A DNA stretch of 58,992 nt, counting the filler. It is 5 parts of 5 records of this genome, joined end to end, with 100 filler letters (N's around TTAATTAATTAA, not from the genome) between each part and the next. Parts side by side here need not be neighbours in the genome. Positions count along the whole stretch, not along the records: positions 33,576 to 53,097 come from SRR2962707_5028; 4 more parts are not named here. One strand, given 5' to 3'. The translations under genes were made by a program, and so were the position numbers. The notes under the pieces are model-generated. The model saw nothing but the letters and a program-made list of their open reading frames with translations, was not told the DNA's origin and searched no databases. Below are positions 40,966 to 49,392 of this stretch, in pieces. The stretch's first letter is position 1. Every line of letters starts with the position of its first letter.

Positions 40966-40979
40966 TAAGAACTACTAAC

Positions 40980-42818
40980 GTGAGGAAATCAATATTTTAT
41001 AGCATTCTCTTTTTAATGATACCCTCAATGGTATTGGCTCAAGAGCAGACCCCTGATGAAGTATCATTATGGAGTTCGCCAGGAGTATTGATAACCATAG
41101 TACTTATAGCTATTCCTATGATTTTAGGAATTATCATTCTTACGATGAAATCGTATAGGATTGCAAAGCAAATTAGAAATAAGGAAACTCTCAAACAGGC
41201 CAAAATTTTAGCAGAAGAAATTGTTAGAAACAAGGCCAGCTTAAATCCGGAACAAATAGCAGAGAAAAAACGACGACTGGAATATAAATTGTCAAATGCG
41301 GAACTTTCTGGAAAGCAACCCGCAAAGGATGTTCGCGGTTTAATACAGAACCCTACCAATGAATTGATTAATTCATTCTTTGCCAGAAAGAGCCAACCAC
41401 CCAAGCGTCCTAAAATAGATAAAAACCTGACAAAGCTGGTGCTTTGGTTTTTGGGTTCTGCCATATTCTGGTTGTTGTTGGGAACGAGTGTTGGTGAATA
41501 TTTAGGCATTAAATTTCTTGTACCTGATGCGGATTCAGTAAGTTGGTTAAGTTTTGGGCGTTTGCGTCCTGTACATACAAATCTGGTCTTTTGGGGATGG
41601 TCTTCCCTTGCAATGTTAGGGTTGGGATATTATACAGTACCACGAGTGGGTAACACGAGTATCGCCAGTTTAAAATTAGGATGGTATTCGCTCTATTTTA
41701 TAAACGCATCCCATATCATTGGTACAATTTCGTTGATGGCAGGAATAAACAATGGTGGTGGCGAATATCGCGAATATATCTGGCCGGTAATGTTGTTGTT
41801 TGTTATTGGTTTAATGTTGAGTCTTTTCAATTATTACAAGACTGTAGCCATTAGGAAAACCAAAGAAATTTACATATCAAACTGGTATATAATAGCAGCT
41901 GTTATCTTCATTAACATCATTGCTGTAGTATCGTATCTTCCTTTTTGGCAAGATGGACTTGGAGAAACCATTATACAAGGGTATTATATGCACCAGGCCG
42001 TAGGGCTTTGGTTTATGATGTTTGTATTGGGGCTGTTATATTATTTTCTTCCCCAGCAATTAAATAAACCCATTTATTCGTATAGTTTGGGCATATTGGC
42101 ATTTTGGACGCAAATTTTGTTCTATACCCTAATTGGCACGCACCATTTCGTATTTAGTTCCCTGCCTTGGTGGTTGCAAACCGTTGCAATTGTGGGTAGT
42201 GTGGGTATGTTGATACCCGTTGCGGCAGGAACAATAAACTTTTTGATGACTTTCAAAGGTTCTTGGAACAAGGTGGCCAGTAGTTACTCTCTACCTTTTT
42301 TCCTTGTTGGGGTTATTTATTATTTCACAGGCTCGCTTCAAGGGACTGCGGAAGCGTTTAGGTTTACCAATCTATTATGGCATTTTACTGATTTTACCAT
42401 AGCACATTCCCACATCACAATGTATGGGATTATAACATTTACCCTGTTTGCAGGCGTCTATGCTATTGTACCAAGATTGACAGGCAAGGAACCGACCCAA
42501 CTATGGGTAGGAGCACACTTCTGGATGGCCTTGGTAGGGCTTCAATTTTATACAATACCTCTTATGATAGGTGGGACGCTCAAAGGACTTTCTTGGGGAG
42601 ATGGAGAACCTTTTATAAACTCTGTAGTATTGATGGAGCCTTATTGGCTATGGCGTGCCATAGGCGGGACATTGATGTGGTTATCCCATATTGTATTTGC
42701 CTATAATTTCTATAAAATGGTACGAGTGGAAAAAGAAGTTGATATCCATGAAGTGACATTGCAGTTATTGCAAAACGACAATAAGGAAAGTGAAATTGAA
42801 GAAGACCTAAAGACATAG
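40980..42818 (+). CDS. ccoN: cbb3-type (C-family) heme-copper oxidase subunit I with N-terminal extension
   Basis: FGRLRPVHTN, YYMHQAVGLW, YYFLP...KPIYSY, FYTLIGTHHF (helix VII Tyr) and AHSH ligand motifs. Confidence 0.85.
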   Translation: MRKSIFYSILFLMIPSMVLAQEQTPDEVSLWSSPGVLITIVLIAIPMILGIIILTMKSYRIAKQIRNKETLKQAKILAEEIVRNKASLNPEQIAEKKRRLEYKLSNAELSGKQPAKDVRGLIQNPTNELINSFFARKSQPPKRPKIDKNLTKLVLWFLGSAIFWLLLGTSVGEYLGIKFLVPDADSVSWLSFGRLRPVHTNLVFWGWSSLAMLGLGYYTVPRVGNTSIASLKLGWYSLYFINASHIIGTISLMAGINNGGGEYREYIWPVMLLFVIGLMLSLFNYYKTVAIRKTKEIYISNWYIIAAVIFINIIAVVSYLPFWQDGLGETIIQGYYMHQAVGLWFMMFVLGLLYYFLPQQLNKPIYSYSLGILAFWTQILFYTLIGTHHFVFSSLPWWLQTVAIVGSVGMLIPVAAGTINFLMTFKGSWNKVASSYSLPFFLVGVIYYFTGSLQGTAEAFRFTNLLWHFTDFTIAHSHITMYGIITFTLFAGVYAIVPRLTGKEPTQLWVGAHFWMALVGLQFYTIPLMIGGTLKGLSWGDGEPFINSVVLMEPYWLWRAIGGTLMWLSHIVFAYNFYKMVRVEKEVDIHEVTLQLLQNDNKESEIEEDLKT

Positions 42819-42820
42819 CT

Positions 42821-43840
42821 ATGGATATATTCAGCAATCATAAAAGACTCTTTCTATTAGTGATACTGTTATTCGGTACGCTTACTGTTTTCGTGGCTAT
42901 TTTCCCTGCTTTAAACAACCAATACAGCTACGAACCCTTACCCGATTCTATACCCTTGACCGAAATAGAACAGCGTGGTAAAATGGTATATATTGGCAAT
43001 GGCTGTGTTGCCTGCCACACGCAACAGGTGCGTAATGTGGAAATAGATAAGGTTTGGGGAAGCCGCCCCAACGTCGCAGCGGATTATGCAGGTATAGAAC
43101 GGACTAATTTCTGGGTAAATACGGCCACCTTAATGGGCACAGAAAGAACAGGTCCCGACTTGACCAATATAGGAAAAAGACAACCAAGCGAAGATTGGCA
43201 TTTAACACACCTTTACCAGCCAAGAGCAGTAGTAGAAAATTCAGTTATGGCACCTTACCCTTGGTTATTTGAACTTAAGGATTCTATCAAGATTACGGAA
43301 AAGGACAAAATAGTCAATCTACCAGCTAGATACATCAAGGACAAAAGCAAAAAGGTAGTCGCCACCGAAGATGCCATTGCACTGGTCGCCTATTTAAAAT
43401 CACTGCAACAGGTTAAACTTCCAGATGGAACGCCTAGCCCAGAATTTTTATACAAAAGGGAACAGAAAAAACATGGAGCTAACGAATCTGGAGGTTCTTC
43501 CGCTTTAGACGGAGCAGAATTATATACCAATTATTGCGCCAGTTGCCACCAAACCGATGGCAAAGGGGTTAGCGGTGCGTTCCCACCATTGGACGGAAGT
43601 GCCATCGTGCAGGGCATAGACCCAACCTCTATGGTCAATATCATAATGTATGGCTATAATGCAAGGGAAGAATACGGCGAAATGCCCGCAATCGGCCAAA
43701 TTAATGACCTATCGCTAGAAGAATTGGTTGCATTGATGAACCACGAACGTACCAGTTGGAGCAATGACGCACCTGAAGTAAGCCTAGAAGAAATCAATAA
43801 AATTCTGGAAGAACTTAAAAAGCAGAACGAAAATCAATGA
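42821..43840 (+). CDS. ccoO: cbb3-type oxidase subunit II fused to a second cytochrome c domain
   Basis: GCVACHTQQVR, G.ERTGPDL, SVMAPYPWL; second CASCH with FPPL and MP motifs. Confidence 0.85.
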   Translation: MDIFSNHKRLFLLVILLFGTLTVFVAIFPALNNQYSYEPLPDSIPLTEIEQRGKMVYIGNGCVACHTQQVRNVEIDKVWGSRPNVAADYAGIERTNFWVNTATLMGTERTGPDLTNIGKRQPSEDWHLTHLYQPRAVVENSVMAPYPWLFELKDSIKITEKDKIVNLPARYIKDKSKKVVATEDAIALVAYLKSLQQVKLPDGTPSPEFLYKREQKKHGANESGGSSALDGAELYTNYCASCHQTDGKGVSGAFPPLDGSAIVQGIDPTSMVNIIMYGYNAREEYGEMPAIGQINDLSLEELVALMNHERTSWSNDAPEVSLEEINKILEELKKQNENQ

Positions 43841-44103
43841 TTATGAAAAAAGGACATTTTTTAATTGTGACATTGTTATTGCCTTTAGCCGCTATGGCCT
43901 GCCCAGAATGTGAACGCAGTCAACCTGGAATATTGAAAGGTATTGGACACGGTGCAGGACCACAACAGCAATGGGATTACGTCATTGTAATTCTAACATC
44001 CATTATAGTCCTTATATCTCTTTATTATTCCATAAAATGGATTATAAAACCAGGAGAAACAAAACCATCGCACATCAAGCGTAAAATATTGAATTTTGAC
44101 TAA
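43837..44103 (+). CDS. Small membrane protein with CPEC motif, in the cbb3 cluster
   Basis: Signal-like N-terminus, ACPECE, one TM helix; overlaps ccoO stop. Confidence 0.65.
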   Translation: MIMKKGHFLIVTLLLPLAAMACPECERSQPGILKGIGHGAGPQQQWDYVIVILTSIIVLISLYYSIKWIIKPGETKPSHIKRKILNFD

Positions 44104-44506
44104 GACAATGGAAAGCAATAAGGTCATAATATTTTTGGATGAAGAGCCAATACCTATTGGAGAATATGAGGTGCCTATAAATTTTGAACTCGACACAACC
44201 AAAATGGTGGATGGCGAGCATACTTTAAAAATTATCAGTAAAGACCCTTATGGCAAAGAGGGTATTAAGAAAGTAGATTTTATAGTGCGTAATGGCCCAG
44301 CTATCGATATTGACGGTATAAAACAAAATGCAATTGTAGATGGTAAAGTGCCCGTTATGATTAACGCTTATGGAAAAGGAGGAAAAAAACACTTTCTTAT
44401 TGAGGGAAGCGAAACTCCACAAAGCATACCCTCTTGGCTGTGGGCAGGGATAATCATATTTGCTGCTTGGGCAATTTACTACTTGATAACCTCATTAACT
44501 TTATAA
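44096..44506 (+). CDS. Hypothetical beta-rich protein with C-terminal TM anchor, in the cbb3 cluster
   Basis: LDTTKMVDGEHTLKI Ig-like segment and C-terminal hydrophobic helix; start may be ATG 44108. Confidence 0.65.
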   Translation: MTKTMESNKVIIFLDEEPIPIGEYEVPINFELDTTKMVDGEHTLKIISKDPYGKEGIKKVDFIVRNGPAIDIDGIKQNAIVDGKVPVMINAYGKGGKKHFLIEGSETPQSIPSWLWAGIIIFAAWAIYYLITSLTL

Positions 44507-44514
44507 ACTACACT

Positions 44515-44663
44515 ATGATTGACAAAGAAGTTTATCATAAAATTGAGAAAGAGGTACATAATAATGATAGCCCTTTAGGTATCGACCCAACAAAACACAT
44601 ATCACCATCATAAAGAAGTTTATACTAATAGAAGAACGATTAATAAATCTAGAAAATAAATAA
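44515..44663 (+). pseudogene. Possible frameshifted small ORF (about 49 aa)
   Basis: MIDKEVYHKIEKEVHNNDSPLGIDPTK, then a shifted frame THITIIKKFILIEERLINLENK* ending 1 nt before the next ATG. Confidence 0.45.
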
Positions 44664-44664
44664 A

Positions 44665-44937
44665 ATGAAAACAACACTTAAATTACAAAACATTAAATGT
44701 GGCGGCTGTACAAATGGCATTGCTGTTCGGCTACTGAAGTTATCAGGTATAAATAACGTGCAGGTAAGCGATGAGACTTCAGAGGTCAGTTTTAGCTATG
44801 AAACCGTAAATGACCTTGCCATAGCAGAACGAATGCTTACACAAATGGGCTATCCACCAGAAGGTGTTGATAATACAGTCGTAAATAAGGCAAAATCTCT
44901 TATAAGCTGTGCGACAGGAAAATTGAACATTGCTTAA
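44665..44937 (+). CDS. Heavy-metal-associated (HMA, CopZ-like) domain protein
   Basis: NIKCGGC motif and GY at the end of the HMA fold. Confidence 0.85.
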   Translation: MKTTLKLQNIKCGGCTNGIAVRLLKLSGINNVQVSDETSEVSFSYETVNDLAIAERMLTQMGYPPEGVDNTVVNKAKSLISCATGKLNIA

Positions 44938-44979
44938 ATTAGTACACTTGATGCGAGCCAGCCAATAGTTGGTTAGGTT

Positions 44980-45010
44980 AAGGGGCAGACTATTAAGGTC
45001 TGCCCTTTTT
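44980..45010 (+). terminator. Intrinsic terminator
   Basis: AAGGGGCAGAC-loop-GTCTGCCCTTTTT followed by a long T tract. Confidence 0.75.
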
Positions 45011-45043
45011 CTTTTTTTCTTTTTTTTCGAAATGTTGACTTCT

Positions 45044-45087
45044 GTAACAGGGGTTACCTTTTTCTCTCGTTGCATACTATATTTTTG
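45044..45087 (+). promoter_or_regulatory. Regulon site 6: GTAAC-AGGG-GTTAC (45044-45057) + 22 nt + TATTTTTG (45080-45087)
   Basis: Counted directly; upstream of the DUF2490 gene. Confidence 0.8.
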
Positions 45088-45106
45088 GCTAAACAAACAT
45101 TTATAG

Positions 45107-45817
45107 ATGAGATATAGTTTACTAATAGGTCTCTTGTTTTTTGTAGGGACTACAAGAGCACAACAGGAGCAATTTGAGCACAGTAGCAGTTGGAACACCT
45201 TCACAGTTAAGGCAGCTATAAATGAAAATTGGTTTGTAAAATCTGAATTCAATTTTAGACGTACAAATTTTCTTCAAGATTGGGAACAGTTTGTACTACG
45301 GCCTTCAATTCAGCACAAGGTCAATCCATTTATTACAGTTGGCATAGGTTATACATTTATTCAAAATTATTCTTATTCAGAGTTTTCAACACCCATAGAT
45401 ACGCAAGAAAACAATCTTTGGCAGCAATTATTTATCAAACAGCCATTTCATTCATTTACCTTATCTCATAGGTTACGATTTGAAGAGCGCTTTCAAGATA
45501 AAATAGCTACAATAGAGGACCACTCTGAAATTACAGGCAGTAATTATGGCAATAGATTACGTTATCGATTTATTATAGAGGTACCAGTTTTTAAAAAGCC
45601 CAAAATTTCAGTTTTGGCTTACGATGAAGTATTTCTTGATTTTAAAAAAAGACTACAGCCCAAAAAACTAGACCAAAACTGGATGTTTCTCGGTTTACGC
45701 TTTCAGGAAAATGAGTATATTACTATCACATCAGGATATCATTATATTAATATCCCGAGAACTGAAATCGTTATCAATAACCATATTTGGGAAACCTCTG
45801 TAATGTTTACACTATAA
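45107..45817 (+). CDS. DUF2490-like outer-membrane beta-barrel protein
   Basis: Signal peptide (TRA|Q), ENNLWQQ, HRLRFEERF, RLRYR, YDEVF and DQN motifs. Confidence 0.8.
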   Translation: MRYSLLIGLLFFVGTTRAQQEQFEHSSSWNTFTVKAAINENWFVKSEFNFRRTNFLQDWEQFVLRPSIQHKVNPFITVGIGYTFIQNYSYSEFSTPIDTQENNLWQQLFIKQPFHSFTLSHRLRFEERFQDKIATIEDHSEITGSNYGNRLRYRFIIEVPVFKKPKISVLAYDEVFLDFKKRLQPKKLDQNWMFLGLRFQENEYITITSGYHYINIPRTEIVINNHIWETSVMFTL

Positions 45818-45848
45818 AGATTATAGCGAATAGTAAATCCTAATTTGT

Positions 45849-45892
45849 GTAACAAAGGTTACAAACTTTCAAATGTTCATCCTATATCTTTA
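45849..45892 (+). promoter_or_regulatory. Regulon site 7: GTAAC-AAAG-GTTAC (45849-45862) + 22 nt + TATCTTTA (45885-45892)
   Basis: Counted directly; upstream of sqr. Confidence 0.8.
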
Positions 45893-45914
45893 TTAGGATA
45901 AAAACTATACAACT

Positions 45915-47162
45915 ATGGCAACGCATCATCAAGTGCTTATCATTGGCGGCGGAACCGCTGGAATAATGACAGCATCACAGCTTATAACGCAAAAGAAAAC
46001 CAAAGATATCGCAATTATAGAACCAGCCGATACCCATTATTATCAGCCAGCTTGGACACTGGTAGGTGCTGGAACCTATGATTATGAAAAAACAGGAAAG
46101 CCAATGGCTGATGTAATGCCTAATGGCGCTAAATGGATTAAGGATAAAGCTACAGCTTTCGACCCAGAAAATAATTTGGTAAGTACAGCCAATTCTGGCA
46201 ATATCACGTATGATTATCTCGTGGTAGCATCAGGTCTTGCCTACGATTTTAGTCTCGTGTCCGGGTTGGGTGATGCAATTGATAAAGGTGTGGTGTGCAG
46301 CAACTATACAGACCCAAAGCACACGTGGGACGTTGTGAAGAATTTTAAAGGAGGTACTGCATTATTTACACAGCCTACAACGCCTATTAAATGCGGTGGG
46401 GCACCACAAAAAATTATGTACTTGGCCGAGAGCCATTGGGCGAAAAGCAAAACACGTTCAAAAACTGATGTTGTTTTTGCCACCGCCGGAACAGTAATTT
46501 TTGGCGTAAAGGAAATTGCTAAAACTTTAATGGAAGTTGTAGATAGAAAAGATATCAATTTACGTTTTGGGTATCAACTAAAGAAAATAGACGGAGCAAA
46601 TAAAATTGCTTGGTATTCATTTGCAGAGCACGAAAAAGAATATAACCATAAGAATGTGAAAATTGAAAAAGACGGGAATTTAACAGGTATTCATTATGAT
46701 ATGCTACATACCGCACCACCAAGTGTTGCACCAGATTTTGTAAGTAAATCAACTTTGGTAAACGAAGCGGGATGGTTGGATGTAGATAAGCACACAATGC
46801 AACACAATAGGTACGCAAATATTTTTGGTCTCGGCGATGTCGCCGGATTGCCCACTGCTAAAACCGGAGCAGCGATCAGAAAACAAGTGCCTGTGGTTGT
46901 GGATAACCTTGGCTTGCTTATCAACCACGATAAAATGGGGAATAAATCGTACAACGGCTACTCATCTTGCCCATTAGTTACCGATTATGGAAAAATGGTT
47001 TTGGCAGAATTTGATTATAACAATAATTTTACCCCTGATCCTAAACTTAAACAAATGTTTATTTCAGATAGTTCAAAAGAACATTGGCGTTTGTGGATGC
47101 TGAAAAAATACGGCCTTCCCTATCTATACTGGAATAAAATGTTAAAGGGTAAAGATGTATAG
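45915..47162 (+). CDS. sqr: Sulfide:quinone oxidoreductase (type II-like)
   Basis: GGGTAG FAD motif, HYYQPAWTLVG, catalytic cysteines in IKCGGAPQK and YSSCPLVT, AKTGAAIRKQ, LAEFDY. Confidence 0.9.
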   Translation: MATHHQVLIIGGGTAGIMTASQLITQKKTKDIAIIEPADTHYYQPAWTLVGAGTYDYEKTGKPMADVMPNGAKWIKDKATAFDPENNLVSTANSGNITYDYLVVASGLAYDFSLVSGLGDAIDKGVVCSNYTDPKHTWDVVKNFKGGTALFTQPTTPIKCGGAPQKIMYLAESHWAKSKTRSKTDVVFATAGTVIFGVKEIAKTLMEVVDRKDINLRFGYQLKKIDGANKIAWYSFAEHEKEYNHKNVKIEKDGNLTGIHYDMLHTAPPSVAPDFVSKSTLVNEAGWLDVDKHTMQHNRYANIFGLGDVAGLPTAKTGAAIRKQVPVVVDNLGLLINHDKMGNKSYNGYSSCPLVTDYGKMVLAEFDYNNNFTPDPKLKQMFISDSSKEHWRLWMLKKYGLPYLYWNKMLKGKDV

Positions 47163-47265
47163 CATTGGATAAACAGAAAACAAAAAAGCTTCTTATAGTA
47201 TGTGTGTTGTGTATCATTATAATAACTGCTGTGGTGCTATTTATTGAATTTTTAAACTAAATATT

Positions 47266-47469
47266 ATGAAAAAAAATATGGGCGGTGCAGACCGCATAAT
47301 TAGAATTATCATCGCTATTGTAATAGGTATCCTCTACTGGCAGGGTATCATAGAAGGAACCTTGGCTTATGTATTAATCGCAGTTGCGGCGGTTTTCCTG
47401 TTGACCAGCTTTGTGAGCTTTTGTCCATTATACAAATTAGTGGGTCTTAATACCTGTCCAAGAAAATAG
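47266..47469 (+). CDS. DUF2892 (YgaP-like membrane domain) small protein
   Basis: MKKNMG..DRIIR, two TM helices, FCPLY...GLNTC. Confidence 0.85.
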   Translation: MKKNMGGADRIIRIIIAIVIGILYWQGIIEGTLAYVLIAVAAVFLLTSFVSFCPLYKLVGLNTCPRK

Positions 47470-47488
47470 CTAGATAAATTGAACTTAT

Positions 47489-47532
47489 GTATCAAAGGTT
47501 ACAGCTATTTGCTGTAACCTTTTTTATTTTTA
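47489..47532 (+). promoter_or_regulatory. Regulon site 8: GTATC-AAAG-GTTAC (47489-47502, one mismatch) + 22 nt + TATTTTTA (47525-47532)
   Basis: Counted directly; upstream of the second persulfide dioxygenase-rhodanese gene. Confidence 0.7.
47494..47525 (+). terminator. Intrinsic terminator hairpin overlapping regulon site 8
   Basis: AAAGGTTACAGC-TATTT-GCTGTAACCTTT perfect 12-bp stem running into a T tract. Confidence 0.7.
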
Positions 47533-47548
47533 TATAAAATTTAAAATT

Positions 47549-48880
47549 ATGAATATCAAACAATTTGAATATAAGCCACTATCACATTATTCCTATGCTA
47601 TTGTGAGTAATGGCAAGATGGCGGTTATAGACCCAGAACGAAATCCCGAGCAGTATTATGATTTTGCGAAAGCAAACAATGCAGAAATTGTTGCGGTAAT
47701 CGAAACGCACCCACACGCAGATTTTGTAAGCTCACATCTCGAAATACATAAAAAAACGGGAGCTACTATATACAATAGTGAAAAGTTGGGTGCAGACTAT
47801 CCACACACTTCATTTGATGAAGGCGATAGTATCCAGTTAGGAAATGTAACCCTTAAAGCGATTAACACACCAGGGCATTCACCAGACAGTATTACCGTGA
47901 TAGCTAAGGAAGGGAATGAAACAGCTTTATTTACTGGCGACACCTTATTCATAGGCGATGTTGGACGTCCTGACTTACGTGAAAAGGCGGGTAATATGAA
48001 AGCCAAACGCGAAGAACTGGCTGAAATGATGTATAACACCATTCAAAATAAATTTACAGACTTGCCAGATGATGCATTGGTTTATCCGGCTCACGGTGCA
48101 GGTTCACTCTGCGGAAAGAACTTAAGCGACGCTGCCAGCAGTACTTTGGGCAATGAGCGAATGGGGAATTGGGCGTTCAAAAAGCAATCCAAGAAAGAAT
48201 ATATGGATACCATTCTTGATGGGCAACCCTTTATTCCTCATTATTTTGGATTTGATGTCGATACGAACAAAACCGGAGCTGATAATTTACAACCGTCCAT
48301 TGAAAAAATACCTTTTACTGAAAGTTCAACTTCCGAAGGTCTTATCGTTGATATGCGTGATGAAGGAACGTTTAAAAAAGGGCATTTAAAAGGAAGTTTC
48401 AATATACAGGCAGTTTCTGAAAATGCAAAATTTGAAACTTGGCTAGGTTCCATCATCAAGCCAGAAGAAACATTTACGCTGGTTATCGATAGCAAAGAAA
48501 ACAAAGACACCATGTTGCACCGTGTGGCAAAAATTGGCTACGAAAAACTGCTCAACAAAGTGATTACGATTTCAGACGAAGATTTGGTTACTACTGAAAA
48601 ACTGGATTTAGCAGATTTCAAAAAAAATCCGGACAGCTATACCATTGTGGACATCCGTAATACCAGCGAAGTGGAAGAAGGCAAGTTTTTTGACAATGCG
48701 ATATCACATCCATTGAATGAATTGCGTGATACGGCGGGACAAATACCTACAGATAAACCTATTGTTGTACATTGTGCAGGTGGATACAGAAGTGCGGCGG
48801 GAAGTAGCATCCTTCAAAAAAAATTGAAAGGTGTGACTGTGTACGATTTAAGTGAGAATATTAACGATTTTAAACAATAA
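47549..48880 (+). CDS. Second MBL-fold persulfide dioxygenase-rhodanese fusion
   Basis: ETHPHADFVSS, TPGHS, GDVGRPDL, PAHGAGSLCG and HCAGGYRS motifs. Confidence 0.88.
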   Translation: MNIKQFEYKPLSHYSYAIVSNGKMAVIDPERNPEQYYDFAKANNAEIVAVIETHPHADFVSSHLEIHKKTGATIYNSEKLGADYPHTSFDEGDSIQLGNVTLKAINTPGHSPDSITVIAKEGNETALFTGDTLFIGDVGRPDLREKAGNMKAKREELAEMMYNTIQNKFTDLPDDALVYPAHGAGSLCGKNLSDAASSTLGNERMGNWAFKKQSKKEYMDTILDGQPFIPHYFGFDVDTNKTGADNLQPSIEKIPFTESSTSEGLIVDMRDEGTFKKGHLKGSFNIQAVSENAKFETWLGSIIKPEETFTLVIDSKENKDTMLHRVAKIGYEKLLNKVITISDEDLVTTEKLDLADFKKNPDSYTIVDIRNTSEVEEGKFFDNAISHPLNELRDTAGQIPTDKPIVVHCAGGYRSAAGSSILQKKLKGVTVYDLSENINDFKQ

Positions 48881-48883
48881 ATT

Positions 48884-49363
48884 ATGGACACTAAAAACAA
48901 TAATAACATTGGTTTAAATATAGAAAAATCAAAAAAAGTAGCTGAAAATCTGAATGATTTACTTTCAAATTATCAATTGTTCTATATGAACTTGAGAGGG
49001 TTTCATTGGAACATCAAGGGGAAAAAATTCTTTGAATTGCACCTTAAATTTGAAGAGCTATATAATGACGCATTGATTAAGGTAGATGAAATTGCAGAAC
49101 GCATACTTACTTTAAGTGAAACGCCATTTCATTCCTTCAAAAAATATCTGGATACTACCGAAATAAAAGCTGCCGAAAACATAAAAGTTGGTGAAGAAGC
49201 AATTAATATAATTCTTGACGCTTTAAAAATCTTATTGGCAAAAGAACGAACGATATTAACTATGGCTTCCGAAGCAAATGATGAAGGTACTGTTGCTTTA
49301 ATGAGTGATTACATCGTTGAGCAAGAAAAATTGGTCTGGATGCTTTCATCCTATTTGGAATAA
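48884..49363 (+). CDS. dps: Dps family DNA protection / ferritin-like protein
   Basis: FHWNIKG..FFELHLKFEELY, DEIAERI and EK..WML motifs. Confidence 0.93.
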   Translation: MDTKNNNNIGLNIEKSKKVAENLNDLLSNYQLFYMNLRGFHWNIKGKKFFELHLKFEELYNDALIKVDEIAERILTLSETPFHSFKKYLDTTEIKAAENIKVGEEAINIILDALKILLAKERTILTMASEANDEGTVALMSDYIVEQEKLVWMLSSYLE

Positions 49364-49392
49364 AAACCAACCATTTTATTAGTTAAAAGCTA

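Noticed and set aside
40980-42818. Nitric oxide reductase instead of oxygen reductase
   Set aside because: It retains the C-family helix VII Tyr (FYTLIGTHH), lacks the NorB HLWVEG Glu motif and is paired with a CcoO-type subunit
33823-47502. GTAAC-N4-GTTAC copies as CRISPR repeats, REP elements or integron attC sites
   Set aside because: Copies are 14 bp, kilobases apart, with unrelated flanks and fixed spacing to a promoter box; no cas or integrase gene is present
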